Source: Squalus acanthias
Lineage: Eukaryota
DNA length: 64,000 nt
Direction of reading: 5' to 3'
Assembly: GCA_030390025.1 (NCBI GenBank)
Contig: CM059431.1
Span: 110,982,001-111,046,000 of the forward strand
The notes under the pieces are model-generated. The model saw nothing but the letters and a program-made list of their open reading frames with translations. It did not search any database and was not told where the DNA came from. Made by a program: the position numbers and the translations under genes. This document shows positions 22,651 to 35,638 of this stretch, piece by piece; positions within the stretch are counted from its first letter, which is position 1, and every line of letters begins with the position of its first letter.

Positions 22651-24550
22651 AAGAAATTGATAAAGAAAGGGAAAATAGAATATGAGCACAAACTAGCGAA
22701 AAATATAAAAACGGATTGTAAAAGCTTCTATAGGTATGTGAAAAGGAAAAGACTGGCGAAGGTAAATGTAGGTCCTTTATAGTCAGAGACGGGAGAATTT
22801 ATAATGGGGAATGAGGAAATGGCTGAGAAATTAAATAAATACTTTGTTTCTGTCTTCACGGAGGAAGACACAAAAAACCTCCCAGAAATATGAGAAAACC
22901 AAGGGTGTGGCGAGAATGAGGAACTTAAAGAAATTATTATTAGTAAAAATACAGTCCTAGCAAAATTAATGGGACTAAAAGTCGATATATCCCAAGGACC
23001 AGATGACCTACATCCTAGGGTTTTGAAAGAGGTGGCCACTGGGATGGTTCTCATCTTCCAAAATTCTATAGATTCTGGAATGGTTCCTGCAGATTGGAGG
23101 ATAGCAAATATAACCCCACTATTTAAGAAAGGAGGGAGAGAGAAAACGGGGAACTACAGACCTGTTAGCCTCACATCAGAAGTTGGGAAAATGCTGGAAT
23201 CTATTATAAAGGATGCACTGAGCACTTAGAAACTAATAGTAAGATTGGGCAGAGTCAACATGGATTTATGAAAGGGAAATCCTGTTTAACAAACCTATTG
23301 GAGTTCTTTGAGGATGTAACTAGTGAAGTAGACAAAGGGGAACCAGTAGATGTGGTGTATTTGGATTTTCAGAAGGCCTTCGATAAGGTCCCACACAAGA
23401 GATTGGTGAACAAAATTAGGGCACATGGAATTGGGGGTAATATACTAGCATGGATTGAGAATTGGTTAACAGACAGAAAACAAAGAGTAGGGATAAACGG
23501 GTCTTTTTCAGGATGGCAGGCTGTGGCTAGTGGGGTACCGCAAGGATCGGTGCTTAGGCCCCAGCTATTCACAATCTATATCAATGATATGGATGAGGGG
23601 ACTAAATGTAACATTTCCAAATTTGCTGATGATACAAAGCTAGGGCAAGTGTCAGTTGTGAAGAGAATGTGAAGAGGCTTCAAGGGGATCTCGACAGGCT
23701 CAGTGAGTGGGCGAGAACATGGCAGATGGAATATAATGTGGATAAATGTGAAGTTATCCACTTTGGTAGAAAAAACAGAAAGACAGAGTATTTCCTAAAT
23801 GGTGAAAGATTGGGGAATGTAGATGCTCAAAGGGACCTGGGTGTCCTTGTACATGAGTCACTGAAAGTGAATGTGCAGGTGCAGCAAGCCATTAGGAAGG
23901 CAAATGGTATGCTGGCCTTCATTACAAGAGGATTTGAGTACAGGAATAAAGAAGTCTTACTCCAATTATATAGGGCCTTGGTGAGACCACACCTAGAGTA
24001 CTGTGTACAATTTTGGTCTCCTTACCTAAGGAAGGATATACTTGCCATAGAGGGACTGCAATGAAGGTTCACGAGATTGATTCCTGGGATGGCGGGACTG
24101 TCGTATGAGAAGAGATTGAGTAAACTAGGCCTGTATTCTCTTGAATTCAGAAGAATGAGAGGGGATCTCATTGAAGCATACAAAATTATTACAGGGCTTG
24201 ATAGGGTGGATGCTGGGAGAATGTTTCCCTTGGGGGGGAGTCTAGAACCAGGGGCCACAGCCTCAGGATAAAGGGTAGGCCATTCAGGACTGAGATGAGA
24301 AGAAATTTCTTCACACAGAGGGTGGTGAATCTTTGGAATTCTCTACCCCAGAGGGTTGTGGAGGCTCAGTCATTGGGTATATTCAAAACAGAAGTCGATA
24401 GATTTCTGACAAGTAAGGGCATCAAGGGATATGGCGATAGGGCCGGTGAATGGAGTTGAGGCAGAAGATCAGCCATGATCTCATTGAATGGCGGAGCAGG
24501 CTCGAAGGGCCGAATGGCCTACTCCTGCTCCTATTTCTTATGTTCTTATT
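22651..24550 (+). mobile_element. 5'-truncated CR1 inserted into the 3' UTR of the minus-strand CR1
   Basis: RT fragments (ORFs 22969-24271) and tail ending ttcttatgttctta. Splits the host at 'ggagtaggcc | tagcccctc'. Confidence 0.9.
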
Positions 24551-25624
24551 TAGCCCCTCAAGCCTGTTCCGCCATTCAATGAGATCATGGTTGATCTGCG
24601 ACCTAACTCCACATACCCGCCTTTGCCTCATATCCCTTAATACCTTTGGTTAACAAAAATCTATCAATCTCAGATTTAAAATTAACAATTGATCTAGCAT
24701 CAATTGCCGTTTGCGGAAGAGAGTTCCAAACTTCTACCACCCTTTGCGTGTAGAAGTGTTTCCTAATTTCTCGTCTGAAAGGTCTGGCTCTAATTTTTAC
24801 AGTATGGCCCCTGGTCCTAGACTCCCCAACCAGCGGAAATAGTATGTCTACCCTATCTGTTCCCCTTAATATCTTGAACATTTCAATCAAATCATCCCTT
24901 AACCCTTTAAATTCCAGGGAATACAACCCTAGTTTGCATAGTCTCTCCTTGTAATTTAACCCCTGGAGTTCAGGTATCATTCTAGTAAACCTACACCACT
25001 CCCTGCAAGGCCAATGTGTCCTTCCTAAGGTGTGGTGCCCAGAACTGCTCACAGTACTCCAGGTGTGGTCTAACTAGAGCTTTGTACAGCTGCAGCATAA
25101 CTTTTAATGATCCATGTACCTGGACCTCCCGAGTTTCTTTGGATCTCCACTGATTTTAGCTTTTCACCATTTGGAAGGTATGCTGTTCTATTCTTTTTAG
25201 GTCCAAAGTGAATGACCTCACATTTGCCACAGTTTTGCCCATTAACTTAACCTATCAATATCTCTGTAATTTTATGCTTTCATCTACACTGCCTACAATG
25301 CCGCCTTTCTTTGTGTCATCGGTAAATTTGGATATGTGGCTCTCTATCCCATAATCTCAGTCGTTAATAAATACAGTGAGTAGTTGAGGCCTCAACACAG
25401 ATCCCTGCCGGACACCACTGGTCACATTCTGCTAATTAGAGTACCAGCCTATTATCCCTACTCTCTGTCTCCTGCTGCTGGCTTCCTAACTAGGTCAATA
25501 ATTTGCCTTCAATTCCAAGAACTTCAACCTTAGTTAACAGTCTCTTATGAGGGATTTTATCAAATGCCTTCTGGAAATCCATATAAATAACATCCATAGA
25601 CATTCCCCTGTCCACTACTTTAGT

Positions 25625-25837
25625 GGCCATGTTGCGGAGATGCCGGTGTTGGACTGGGGTGGACAAAAGTGAGAAGTCGCACAACACCAGGTTATAGTCC
25701 AACAGCTTTATTTGAAATCACAAGCTTTCGGAGCGCTGCTCCTTCGTCAGGTGAAGTGAAGAAGGAGCAGCGCTCTGAAAGCTTGTGATTTCAAATAAAG
25801 CTGTTGGACTATAACCTGGTGTTGTGCGACTTCTCAC
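25625..25837 (-). mobile_element. Penelope-like terminal-repeat insertion with inverted duplication
   Basis: 78-bp arms (25668-25745 / 25761-25838, 1 mismatch), flanking duplication CACTACTTTAGT (25613-25624 / 25835-25846), hammerhead core followed by AATAAA. Confidence 0.75.
25718..25754 (-). ncRNA. Minimal type-I hammerhead ribozyme motif
   Basis: Minus strand reads ucac CUGACGA a GGAGC agc GCUCC GAAA G CUU guga: conserved core, 5-bp stem II, palindromic AGCU stem III, ucac/guga stem I. Confidence 0.7.
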
Positions 25838-28798
25838 TACTTTAGTCACCTCGTCAAAAAATTCAATCAGGTTTGTCAGGCATGACCTACCTTTCACAAA
25901 TCCATGCTGGCTCTCTCTGATCACTGAAAAATTTCAAGGTGTTCAGTCACCCTGTCCTTAATTATAGACTCTAGTAATTTCTCAACAACAGATGTTAGGC
26001 TAACTGGTCTATAATTCCCTGGTTTCCCTCTCTCACCAATCTTAAATAGTGAAGTGACATGCGCAATTTTCCAATCTAAAGGAACGGTTACTGAATCGAG
26101 AGAACTTTGGAAGATTATAGTTAGGGCATCTGCAATGTACTCACTTTCCTTTAAAACCCTGGGATGGAAACCATCTGGCCCTGGGGATTTGTCACTCTTT
26201 AGTGTCATTATTTTCTTCATTACTTTTATTTTGCTTACATTAATTTTGTTGAGTCCCCGTCCCTGATTCAACATTAGATTCCTTGGGATTTCCAACACGC
26301 TATCCTCTTCCTCTACTGTAAATACTGATGCAAAGTAATTATTCAACATGTCCACCATTTCCTTATCATTGACAATATCACCGTTATCAGTTTTCAAAGG
26401 GCCAACATTGCTCCTGACCACCCTCTTTTTCCTAATATAATGGTAAAAAAAAATTGTGTTGATTTTGATATCCCTTGCAAGTTTCTTTTCATACTCCCTT
26501 TTTGTACCTCTTATTAGTTGTGTTGTCACCCTTTGCTGTTCTTTGTATCTTTCCCATTCGCCAGGATCTGTGCTATTTTTTTGCATTTTTGTATGCTTTT
26601 TCTTTTAGTTTTATGTTGTCTCTTTCCTCTTTAGTTTTCCATGGCTTTTTTTTTGGCAAGTAGAGCTCTTGCCCCTCAGGGGTATAAATTGGTTCTGTAT
26701 CACATTAAATTCTTTTTTGAACACCTCCCACTGATCTTCTGTCGCTTCACCCATTAACAGATGTGCCCAGTTTACTGTGGACAGTCTCTGTCTCATCGCA
26801 TTGAAGTCGGCCTTACCTAAATCTAGAATCTTAGTAGTTGTTTTCGCGTTTCTCCCTTTCAAACGCTATGTTGAACTCGATCATGTTATGATCGCTATTA
26901 AATAAATGTTCACGCACAGTTAGGCTGTTAACTAAATCTGGCTCATTACTCATTACTAAATCTAATATGGCATGCCCCCTTGTTGCCTCTAGGACATATT
27001 GTTGTAGAAAACTATCCCAGACACACTCAAGAAATTCACTACCTTTCTGACATGTGCTAGTCTGCTTATCCCAATCTATATGAAAGTTAAAATCCCCCAT
27101 TAAAACCACACTGCCTTTACTACATGTTTGTCTAATCTCTGCATTTATACAATCTAGCACTTCACAGCTGCTACCAGAGGGCCTCTACACAACTCACACT
27201 CCAGTCTTAAATCTTTTCCTATTTCTTAATTCTACCCATAAAGTCTCCACTGCCTGCTTACCTCTCATTATATCCTCCCTTATCAGTGAAGTGATTTTAT
27301 CCTTAATCACTAAGGCTACTCCTCCCCCTCTGCCATTTTCCCTATCTTTCCTGTAGACCTTATAACTTGGTATATTTAGTTTCCAGTCCTGACCATCTTG
27401 CAGCCATATCTCAGTAATGGCTACCATGTCATACCCTCCAAGTTGAATTTGCGCCTGCAGTTCATTCAATTTATTCCTTATACTCCGTGCATTTGTATAA
27501 AGAACGTTTATTTGAGCCACAAACCCTAACCTGTCCTTCGGCTCTAATGTTTTACTCACATGTTTCTTATTTCTCTCTCCTGGTTTAATCACTTTACATC
27601 TTTTAGTTTTCCCTTTACCTGTAGTGCCTAAAGCACAATTTCTGACTGGTACTTTACTCTCTTCCCTTTCATTTGTTTTTGAACTATTATTTATACTACA
27701 TTCTCCACCTGAGCCCTCCCCCCATTTACTAGTTTAAAGTCCTTGTGACCGCCCTATTTATCCTTTCCGCTAGGACCCTGGTCCCAGCCCGGTTCAGGTG
27801 GAGCCTGTCCCAATGGTATAGTTCCTTCCTGTCCCAATGCTGGTGCCAGTGCCCCATGAAATGGAACCCCTCTTTCCCACACCACTCCTTTAGCCATGTG
27901 TTCACCTCCCTAATCTGCTTATCGCTACGCCAATTTGCACGTGGCTCAAGTAATAAACCAGTGATTTTTACCCTTGAGGTCCTGTTCTTTTATCTAGCTC
28001 CTAGTTCCTAGTACTCCCCAAACAGGACCGCTTGCCTACTCTTCCCTATGTTGTTGGTCCCAACATGGGTCACAACGATTGGTTTCCTCCCCCTCTCTCT
28101 CCAATATCCTTTCAAGCTAGTTTGAGCTGTCCCTCACCCTGGCACCAGGTAGGCAACATACCATCTCTCGATCTTGCTTACAAAGGATGCTATCTGTCCC
28201 CCTAATTATTGAATCCCCTACAACTACCATATTACGCTTCCCCTCCTCCTCCTCCTCCTCCCCTCTTTGGACAGACTCCTGATCTAAGGTGCCATGGTCT
28301 GCATTCTGGCTGTCCTTTCGACAGTCTTTACCCTTATCCTCACAGGTAGCAAGTACATTGTACCTGTTGAATAGGATCAGTTTCTGTGGATCCTCGTTCT
28401 CTATCTCACCTGAGTTCTCCTCACTCTGCACACTATTGGTCACACGAACCCTGATCTGAACCTGCACCTCTCTAGGAGGTGTTATTGAAGTCTGGAGCAA
28501 ACTGTCCAGAAACTGCTCCCCCTCCTTTATGTGTTGGAGTGTCTCCAACTCGCACTCCAGCTCAATGACTCTGAGCCAGAAAGATTTGAGACAGAGACAT
28601 CTACTGCAGATGTGTTCGCTCGGGACAGTCTCGCTGTCCACAAACTCCCACATACTGCAGTTCAGACACACAACCTGCTCTGCCATAACGTAATCTAGAT
28701 TATTTATATTACTTATATCTACTTAAGTTTTTTTTTCTCTTTCAAAGAGCTGGTAAAAGCACAATGGGCCGAATGGCCTCCTTCTGTGCTGTATGATT

Positions 28799-29195
28799 AG
28801 AACATAAGAATATAAGAACATAAGAAATAGGAGCAGGAGCAGGCCATTCAGCCCCTCGAGCCTGCTCCGCCATTTAATGAGATCATGGCTGATCCGATTT
28901 TGGCCTCAACTCCACTTTCCTACCCGCTCCCCATAACCCTTGACTTCCCTGTTGCTCAAAAATCTGTCTATCTCAGCCTTGAATATATTCAATGACTCAG
29001 CCTCCACAACCCTCTGGGGTAAAGAATTCCAAAGATTCACAACCCTCTGAGAGAAGAAATTCCTCCTCATCTCCGTCATAAATGGGCGACCCCTTATTCT
29101 GAGACTATGCCCCCTCGTTCTAGATTCCCCCACGAGGGGAAACATCCTCTCAGCATCTACCCTGTCCAACCCCCTCAGAATCTTAAATGTTTCAA
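28799..29195 (-). mobile_element. CR1 3' fragment inserted in the host CR1 tail
   Basis: ORF2 C-terminus (ORF 28906-29169), (TTCTTATG)n tail, ATGATT on both flanks. Confidence 0.85.
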
Positions 29196-29787
29196 TGATT
29201 CTATATTCTATATTCTATTTCAATATGACTCTATGAACTTCAGTGGAAGATCAGCAGCAACAATGGAGAAATGGTGAAATCCCATGGAAATTGCAGACAA
29301 CTGTGTTTACAAACTGTGTAAAGGGCATTGCATTACTTTTTAGCAAGAAGATATCGGCCTTACAAATCCCATGAAAGAGCGCAGAAGAAAAACTAAGAAT
29401 TGTGTTCATGTGGGATAAGTGCCTCCTCTCTCTGCCAACTGAAAGGGTCCTGATTGAAATCAATTTGGGTCGTTTCAACTCAATCCTCCTGGGCAAGAAT
29501 TCATTAAGTATTATTTACCAGTATTTGGCAGGCTCACTCAGAAATGTTACCAAGGTAGTTGGCACAGGATCTGAAAATGTCATTTAGTATTTGCCTAGGT
29601 TAGGATTAGAGTTAAGTTTAATTGTTCAGGCACTGTAGAGGTAATTTAACTCGCACCTAATCCAGGAAGATCTAGTTTTAGAGTACTTGATACTGACACT
29701 GGATACAACAAGTGCAAAGGTGACAATTTTCACCTGATTGAGCATAATTATTATTTTTGAAGAATTGAAATGATAGATGGGGTTTTC

Positions 29788-30120
29788 CTCAGTGCCTCAG
29801 CAGGTTAAGCCAAGGAATAGCTGAGCAATAGAGTTCAGAAAAAGTGCAAGGTTCAATTTCTGGTCTCACTGAATTAGTTAATCTCAGCTGAGGTGGTGAT
29901 ATTGGTATTATATTCGACCTTAGTTCCTTGAGTTGGAGAGGGAATCAGGTAGGCCTGTCACTCCTAATAGCTATACTGTGGCCTCCTGCTGAAAATGTGG
30001 ACAGGACTGGGCTCAGTGTGAGGACCTCAGTTGATCAATAGCCGGCTGTCTTTCATTGTTTAGACTGACAAATAAAGAATGACCACCTCAGCATGCCTAG
30101 TACCTATGGAGGCATTCCCC
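29788..30120 (+). mobile_element. LF-SINE-like ancient tRNA-derived SINE
   Basis: B-box-like ggttcaatttctggtc followed by tgaattagttaatctcagctg..gagagggaatcag..cactcctaatagcta..cctgctgaaaa..gacaggactgggctc, which matches my recollection of the LF-SINE consensus; not verified by alignment. Confidence 0.6.
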
Positions 30121-30228
30121 CAGCAAGGAGTCAATGCCTTTAGAAATGGAGTGAAGAAAATTTAGTTTAAAAAAATGCAGAGATGCATTGTATAGTAAAA
30201 CAGAGAAAAGAGGAGTTGCAGAGATATT

Positions 30229-30998
30229 GGCCCGTACTTTCCAGTGCCTATGGGTGTGTACGTGGTGTGTACGCGTCCGTAAGGGCCCCTGCAAGTTCCG
30301 GGTTTTCGCGTGCCAAACGCGTGCGTAAAAACCCGGAACTTGCGATTAGTCAAGAATCTTCTTGACAGATCATCCACATCCCCAGGAAATGGACATTTGC
30401 GGGCGGAGAGTTGGGCTATTTACCCAACTACTGCCCAGCGAATGCCCGTGAAATTCTTACACCTGGTAAAAGCAGGAGTAAGGCCTGCTTTTACCAGCGT
30501 AAGAGTTTAAATGAACATAAAAATAAATTTTTTTCAACTATTTAAACATTAAAACACCTGTAAAATAAGTTAAGGTTATTTTTAGCCCCTTTAAAACATT
30601 TAAAATTTATTTTTCAAAAAATTACATTTTTGTTTTAAATGTTTCATTAAATTGTATTTTAATTCATTTTAAATGTGTAATTTTTAAACATTTATTTGGC
30701 ATGTAAATGTGTTTTTTATGTGATCCCCATTCATGCTTATGGAGATTCAGTACGTGCGGAATTCCCATAATTATGAATGGGGATTCCCTTCTTTCATTGG
30801 TTGGGCTGGCCCACGTGATCCCAGGGATGCTTGCGAACTGCCTGCACCCCCGGGATACGTGGGCCTTCACACATGTCTACGCGTAGAGGCCCAGGAGCAC
30901 GAGTCTCCGTGGATCCCGAGGCAGAAGGTGGGCGGCGGCTTTATTTGCGGATCGGAAGCATTTCCCTGCGGGAAGCCTCCGACCGCAGATTCAAGCCC
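30229..30998. mobile_element. Non-autonomous Harbinger-like element
   Basis: 3-bp ATT on both flanks (30226-30228 / 30999-31001), weak TIR, GC-rich arms around a very AT-rich core (30500-30720). Confidence 0.55.
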
Positions 30999-31010
30999 AT
31001 TACAAGGTAG

Positions 31011-31290
31011 TTACATAGAAACATAGAATCTAGGAGCAGGAGTAGGCCATTCGGCCCGTCGAGCCTGCTCCACCATTCAATACGATCATGGCTGATCATC
31101 CAAATCCAGTACCCTGTCCCTGCTTTAATCCCCACAGTACACATATCCCACCCTACCCCCGTAACCCCACGTATTTAATTCCCCCTAACATATCCCATCC
31201 TATCCCCATAACCCCACATATTTAATCCCCCCTAACACTAAGGGTCAATTTATCATAGCCAAATCAACCTAACCCGCACATTTTTGGACT
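31011..31290 (-). mobile_element. V-SINE (HE1-like) 3' fragment
   Basis: Near-identical to 13248-13552. Confidence 0.85.
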
Positions 31291-31389
31291 AAAGGACTAA
31301 AGATTGTAGAAACTGAAAGGTTAGTTTATGGGCCTTTTATGTAATAAGGGTCATTTAGTAAGTAAATTATGATATAATCGGAAGTAGCA

Positions 31390-31875
31390 CCGTGCAGATT
31401 CACCAGAATGATACCAGGGCTTAAAGGATTAAATTACGAGGACAGGTTGCATAAACTTGGTTTGTTTCCCCTTGAGTTTAGAAGGTTGAGGGGGTGATCT
31501 AATCGAGCTCTTTAAAATGATAAGAGGAGTAGCTAGGGTAGATACAGAGAAACTCTTTCCTCTGGTGGGTGAATCAAGAACAAGGCGGCATAATCTTAAA
31601 ACAAGAGCTAGGCCGTTTATGAGTGAAAACAAGGAAGTACTTTTTCACATAAAGGGTAGTGGAAATGTGGAATTCTCTTCCCCAAATAGCTGTGGATACT
31701 GGGTCAATTAAAAATTTTAAGACTAAGATTAATAAACTTTTGTTAGTTAAGGGTATCGAGGGATATGGAGGAAAGGCGGGTAAATAGAATTGAGGTACAA
31801 ATCAAACATTATCTAAATGAATGGTGGAACAGGCTTGAGGGGCTGAATGGCCTACTCCCATTCCTATGTTCCTGT
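31390..31875 (+). mobile_element. CR1 3' fragment
   Basis: RFTRMIPGLKGLNYEDRL.., LFPLVGESRTR; tail cctactcccattcctatgttcct. Confidence 0.85.
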
Positions 31876-32044
31876 TGGTATCTTAATGAGCTCATCTAAG
31901 AGTTAATGAACCAGCCCTTGAAACTGGTACCAATAACAATTTGGAATAATATGGGGCGGGAGGGGGTTTCATAATTTAATTTCAGATACATCCAGTAGGC
32001 ATTCTTGTAAGAGACTGCGGATAAACTGTGTTCTTGAATACGCA

Positions 32045-32526
32045 GAATGTCCATATCCTAACTCACACCAAGTCCTGTTCACCCATCACCCCAGAGCTCG
32101 CTGACCTATATTGGATCCCAGTCTGGCAATGCTTTGATTTAAAAATATTTATCCTCGTGTTCAAATCTCTCCATGCCCTCACCCTTCCCTACCTCTGTAA
32201 CCTCCTCCAGCCCTAAAACACCTCGGATCACTGTGCTCCTCCAATTCTGGCCTTTTGCACACCCCGATTTTCGTCGCTCCACCATTGGCGGCCGTGCCTT
32301 CAGCTGCCTGGGCTCTAAGCTCTGGAATTCCCTCCCTAAACCTCTCTGCCTCTCTCTCCTCCTTTAAGATGTTCCTTAAAACCTATCTCTTTGACCAAGC
32401 TTTTGGTCACCTGTTCTACTATCTCTTTCTGTGGCTCAGTGTCAAATGTTTTCTGATAACGGTCCTGTGAAGCACCTTGGGACTTTTTACAATGTTAAAA
32501 GCGCCATATAAATGCAAGTTGTTGTT
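32045..32526 (+). mobile_element. L2-like LINE 3' fragment
   Basis: ITPELADLYW.., GGRAFSCLGSKLWNSLP; ends gcgccatataaatgcaagttgttgtt. Confidence 0.85.
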
Positions 32527-33234
32527 TTGTCGTCTGGTAGAAAGCTACTCTTGGGAGGGGAATAGTTGGTTTAATGGGCATCTCTACTGGCCAGCCCCTG
32601 GATTGGGAAGGAGTCAGTGTCAAACTGCCAAATGTCCTGTCCAGAGAGGCTACAAAAGAAATAAGACCCACATGTTCACGGTCAGTTGGTAATGTCTGCT
32701 GAGTGAGCCAGTTAAGGCTTAGGCCAGTCTACTTTAATAAGAGATCCAACCGAGCTCAGAGCAAGCCTTGGTCTTATTTAATGATAGGGCTGACCAAAAG
32801 AAAGTGTTACTTAGCCCACTAACCAGGGCAGGCTGGTTATTATTTTTCTTACATATGAGAATAAACTGAAGTTAAGTTGAAGTAAGGTGGCATTTGCTGT
32901 AGCTGTTGCTGTCTGAGTTCACTTACTGACTATTTAAATAAAGCAGTTTAATGATTTGTATTTGGTCCTGTCCCACTAAAGTGCTAATCAGTCCATCTTT
33001 TGGAAGTTTGGAGAAGCACAGGTAAAGACACATGCAGAGAATTACAGTATGCAGTCCATATAGCAAGGACATCTCTTTGTTATGTTTCAAAGCCCCCCTC
33101 TCCATGGTCATGCTATCATATGTAGGGAAAGTAAACCTCTGATTGTAAGAGACACCAGTCCACTTACTGCAGAGATCAGTGATTTAAACCTGAGAGAATA
33201 TGTAAGAAAGATTCAAATTTTGTAGCAAGGTGGT

Positions 33235-33747
33235 TGAAGTGGGGAAAGAGTTAAAATAACATCGCTGGCAGCTCACAGAATGGTGTAAGAGAGGCAGTTG
33301 CTGACATGAAAGACCACATCCATAAGGTGTGGTCAAGATAACCGACCTTTGAGACTAAAAACAATTCAGTTGAGACCTGATGTCTAGCACTTCAGCTGCC
33401 CTTAGGGTTTTATTATCTGGGTCACAATGCTTCCAAGTTATTTGTTAATCAGCGTTCAGCAGTTTGGGCTAATAATTGAGTATGCAGCTTACACATGTTT
33501 ACCTTAGGACATGTAACCCAATCCGTGAAGGTGCATGCAGGCCAAGATCCAATCAGGTTGCGGGAATGAATTGTGCATGAGGACCGCCATGCTTATTTGA
33601 ATGTATAAAAATGTAGTGCTTGTTGTAACAATTTGGAGAAGTCTGGCTAAGACAGAGCAGACTGTCTCCCCACCGGTGTAATAAAGACAACTTGACTATC
33701 GATCTGAAAACCTTGTGTCGAGTGTTGGTTTAAAATACTCCACAACA
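33235..33747 (+). mobile_element. Solo LTR, 513 bp
   Basis: TG...CA termini (TGAAGTGG / CCACAACA), 5-bp TSD GTGGT (33230-33234 / 33748-33752), TATAAA at 33604 and AATAAA at 33680. Confidence 0.75.
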
Positions 33748-34453
33748 GTGGTTCAGAAGAGATCAGGCTTGGGGCAGGTCTGATGGACCAGCTGGTCTTT
33801 TCCTGCCCAGCACTTTCGTATATTCGTTAGAACTGTGAGACCAAAACTTGAGATGGGACAATGTTTATTTTAAATGGATTAATGCCTTCATTGGACCATC
33901 TCAGTTCAAATGAATTTCACATGAAGTATTAGCAGGCTTATTATTAACACCACCCCCATGGGATTTCAAGCCAGAAGTGAAGGAATCACAAACAGAACAA
34001 CCCAGTTATCTGGGGACAACCAGCGATGATATCAACTCTTTTTGTTTATATGTGTGGCCCCATTCTGATATATTGTAATAATTTTGGAAGATGCATGAAT
34101 AAATCTATTCTGCAAATGAAACAAAGGAAAAATTAGCAAAATAAAATTGCCTCCCAAGTGAGCTATCGTTTGAGCCATTTACATATATGACTCAGCACAG
34201 CACAAGAATGTTTTAAAAAGTTTTCAAAGGCACAGGTTTTCCTCTGTGATGGTGTTTAAATCAGGTTTCCGGTGCACACGGACAATTGGAATCAGATGCT
34301 CTGTTGAGTACACGCCAGTTAGAAAATTGGAAATAAGTCTCTGGTCAATGTCATTCATACGCCATGCGATATACATTTAAAAAAAATAACTGTAAAGGGG
34401 TTGCAGTAATCAAGAATTAACGACATTGCTATTTCTTTTTTCATCTCACTCAG

Positions 34454-34560
34454 AAAGTGAATGACTTTGTAGAAGTGAAGGAGATGATTTTGCAGAATTC
34501 ATTAAAAGCAGTTGGATCTGATCCAAGAGTGATGTTGTGCAGGAAGTTGCCAAAGAACCT
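34454..34560 (+). other. Candidate host exon (107 bp)
   Basis: Pyrimidine tract + CAG acceptor and GTGGGT donor; one open frame (KVNDFVEVKEMILQNSLKAVGSDPRVMLCRKLPKN), not recognised. Confidence 0.3.
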
Positions 34561-34770
34561 GTGGGTTAATTGACTTTACACTGTTTATTCTATTTTACTA
34601 TGCAATACATGTTATGTGAAACAATGTCGAACTTCTATAAAGTGGATCTTTAATTAGGAGAATCCCACATCATCAAACCAATGTGAGAAACATGTTGCTT
34701 GCTATAGAAAATTACAAGTGCCTTTCTTGATAAACATTGGGGGCGATTTTCAAATGCTGCCCAGGGATTT

Positions 34771-35008
34771 CATAGAATCATAGAATCATACAGCACAGAA
34801 GGAGACCATTTGAAAGAGCTATCCACTCCCCTGCTCTTTCCCCATAGCCTTGCAACTATTTTCCCCTTCAAGTATTTATCCAATTCCCTTTTGAAAGTTA
34901 CTATTGAATCTGCTTCCACCGCCCTTTCAGGCAGCGCATTCCAGATCCTAACAACTCACTGCCTAAAAAAAAATTCTCCTCATCTCTCCTCTGGTTCTTT
35001 TGCAAATG
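34771..35008 (-). mobile_element. CR1 3' end fragment
   Basis: (CATAGAAT)n tail and the VVRIWNALPERAVEA coding remnant. Confidence 0.8.
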
Positions 35009-35638
35009 ATCTTAACTCCAGCCCTAAAGGATAATTTTCCAGCTTTGCAGAAAGTGCTAGGAAAATCGTGGGCAGTGTACGCCAGAACTTCTGATATGCA
35101 ATCTCAGCGAGCGAAGTTCCCCACCGGAATTGCAAGGTTAAAAATGGACCCTTTTAGCCTATTCTTAACAAATGGAACAGTGCGTGTGATCAGTTCTACT
35201 GTGAGGCTTGGTGAATATAATAGTCAGATACAAGCATAGTCCCATGAGGGGAAGCAAGCTAGTATTTTCTGGAACGCAGCAGCAAGACTACATTATACAC
35301 GTTAGTCAAATTAATTTTAATTGTTTTAAATAGTTTCACAGTATATGCAGCCATAAAGCAATCTATGGCCATGATCATGTTGAAGAAAAATGTTAATACA
35401 GCCTATAAAAGCCCCAAATCACATAACATTTCCCAATGGGACACAATCGCCACAAAAAAAAAACCCTTTTTCTCACATTCTTGGACTAGGCCAGTAACTC
35501 TGTCAAACCCAGTTTAGATTTCCAGAGCAGTCTTCGGTTATTCTTGACGACACAATGGTCAAGGGTTTTTATCTCCTCCTGTGACCTGACTATGGCATCA
35601 TGGGATTTTTTTCCCGACTGCCTTCTCTTTCTGCCCAG

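Larger units (their letters stand above)
22620..28736 (-). mobile_element. Near full-length decayed CR1 LINE (ORF1 28686-27729; ORF2 ~27730-24603; tail 22620-22650)
   Basis: ORF1 MAEQVVCLNC..CSRC..VVGDS; ORF2 YTNARS, GDFN, SDHN and RT fragments; multiple stops and frameshifts. Confidence 0.9.
22260..29220 (+). mobile_element. Host CR1 3' fragment in three pieces (22260-22619, ~28737-28798, ~29196-29220)
   Basis: ggactaattggatag | ctctttcaaagagc...tgtgctgtatgatt | ctatattctat rejoins into one continuous 3' UTR once the inserts are removed. Confidence 0.8.

Noticed and set aside
29234..29396. Possible exon (EDQQQQWRNGEIPWKLQTTVF..)
   Set aside because: Weak acceptor abutting a LINE tail and no recognisable product.
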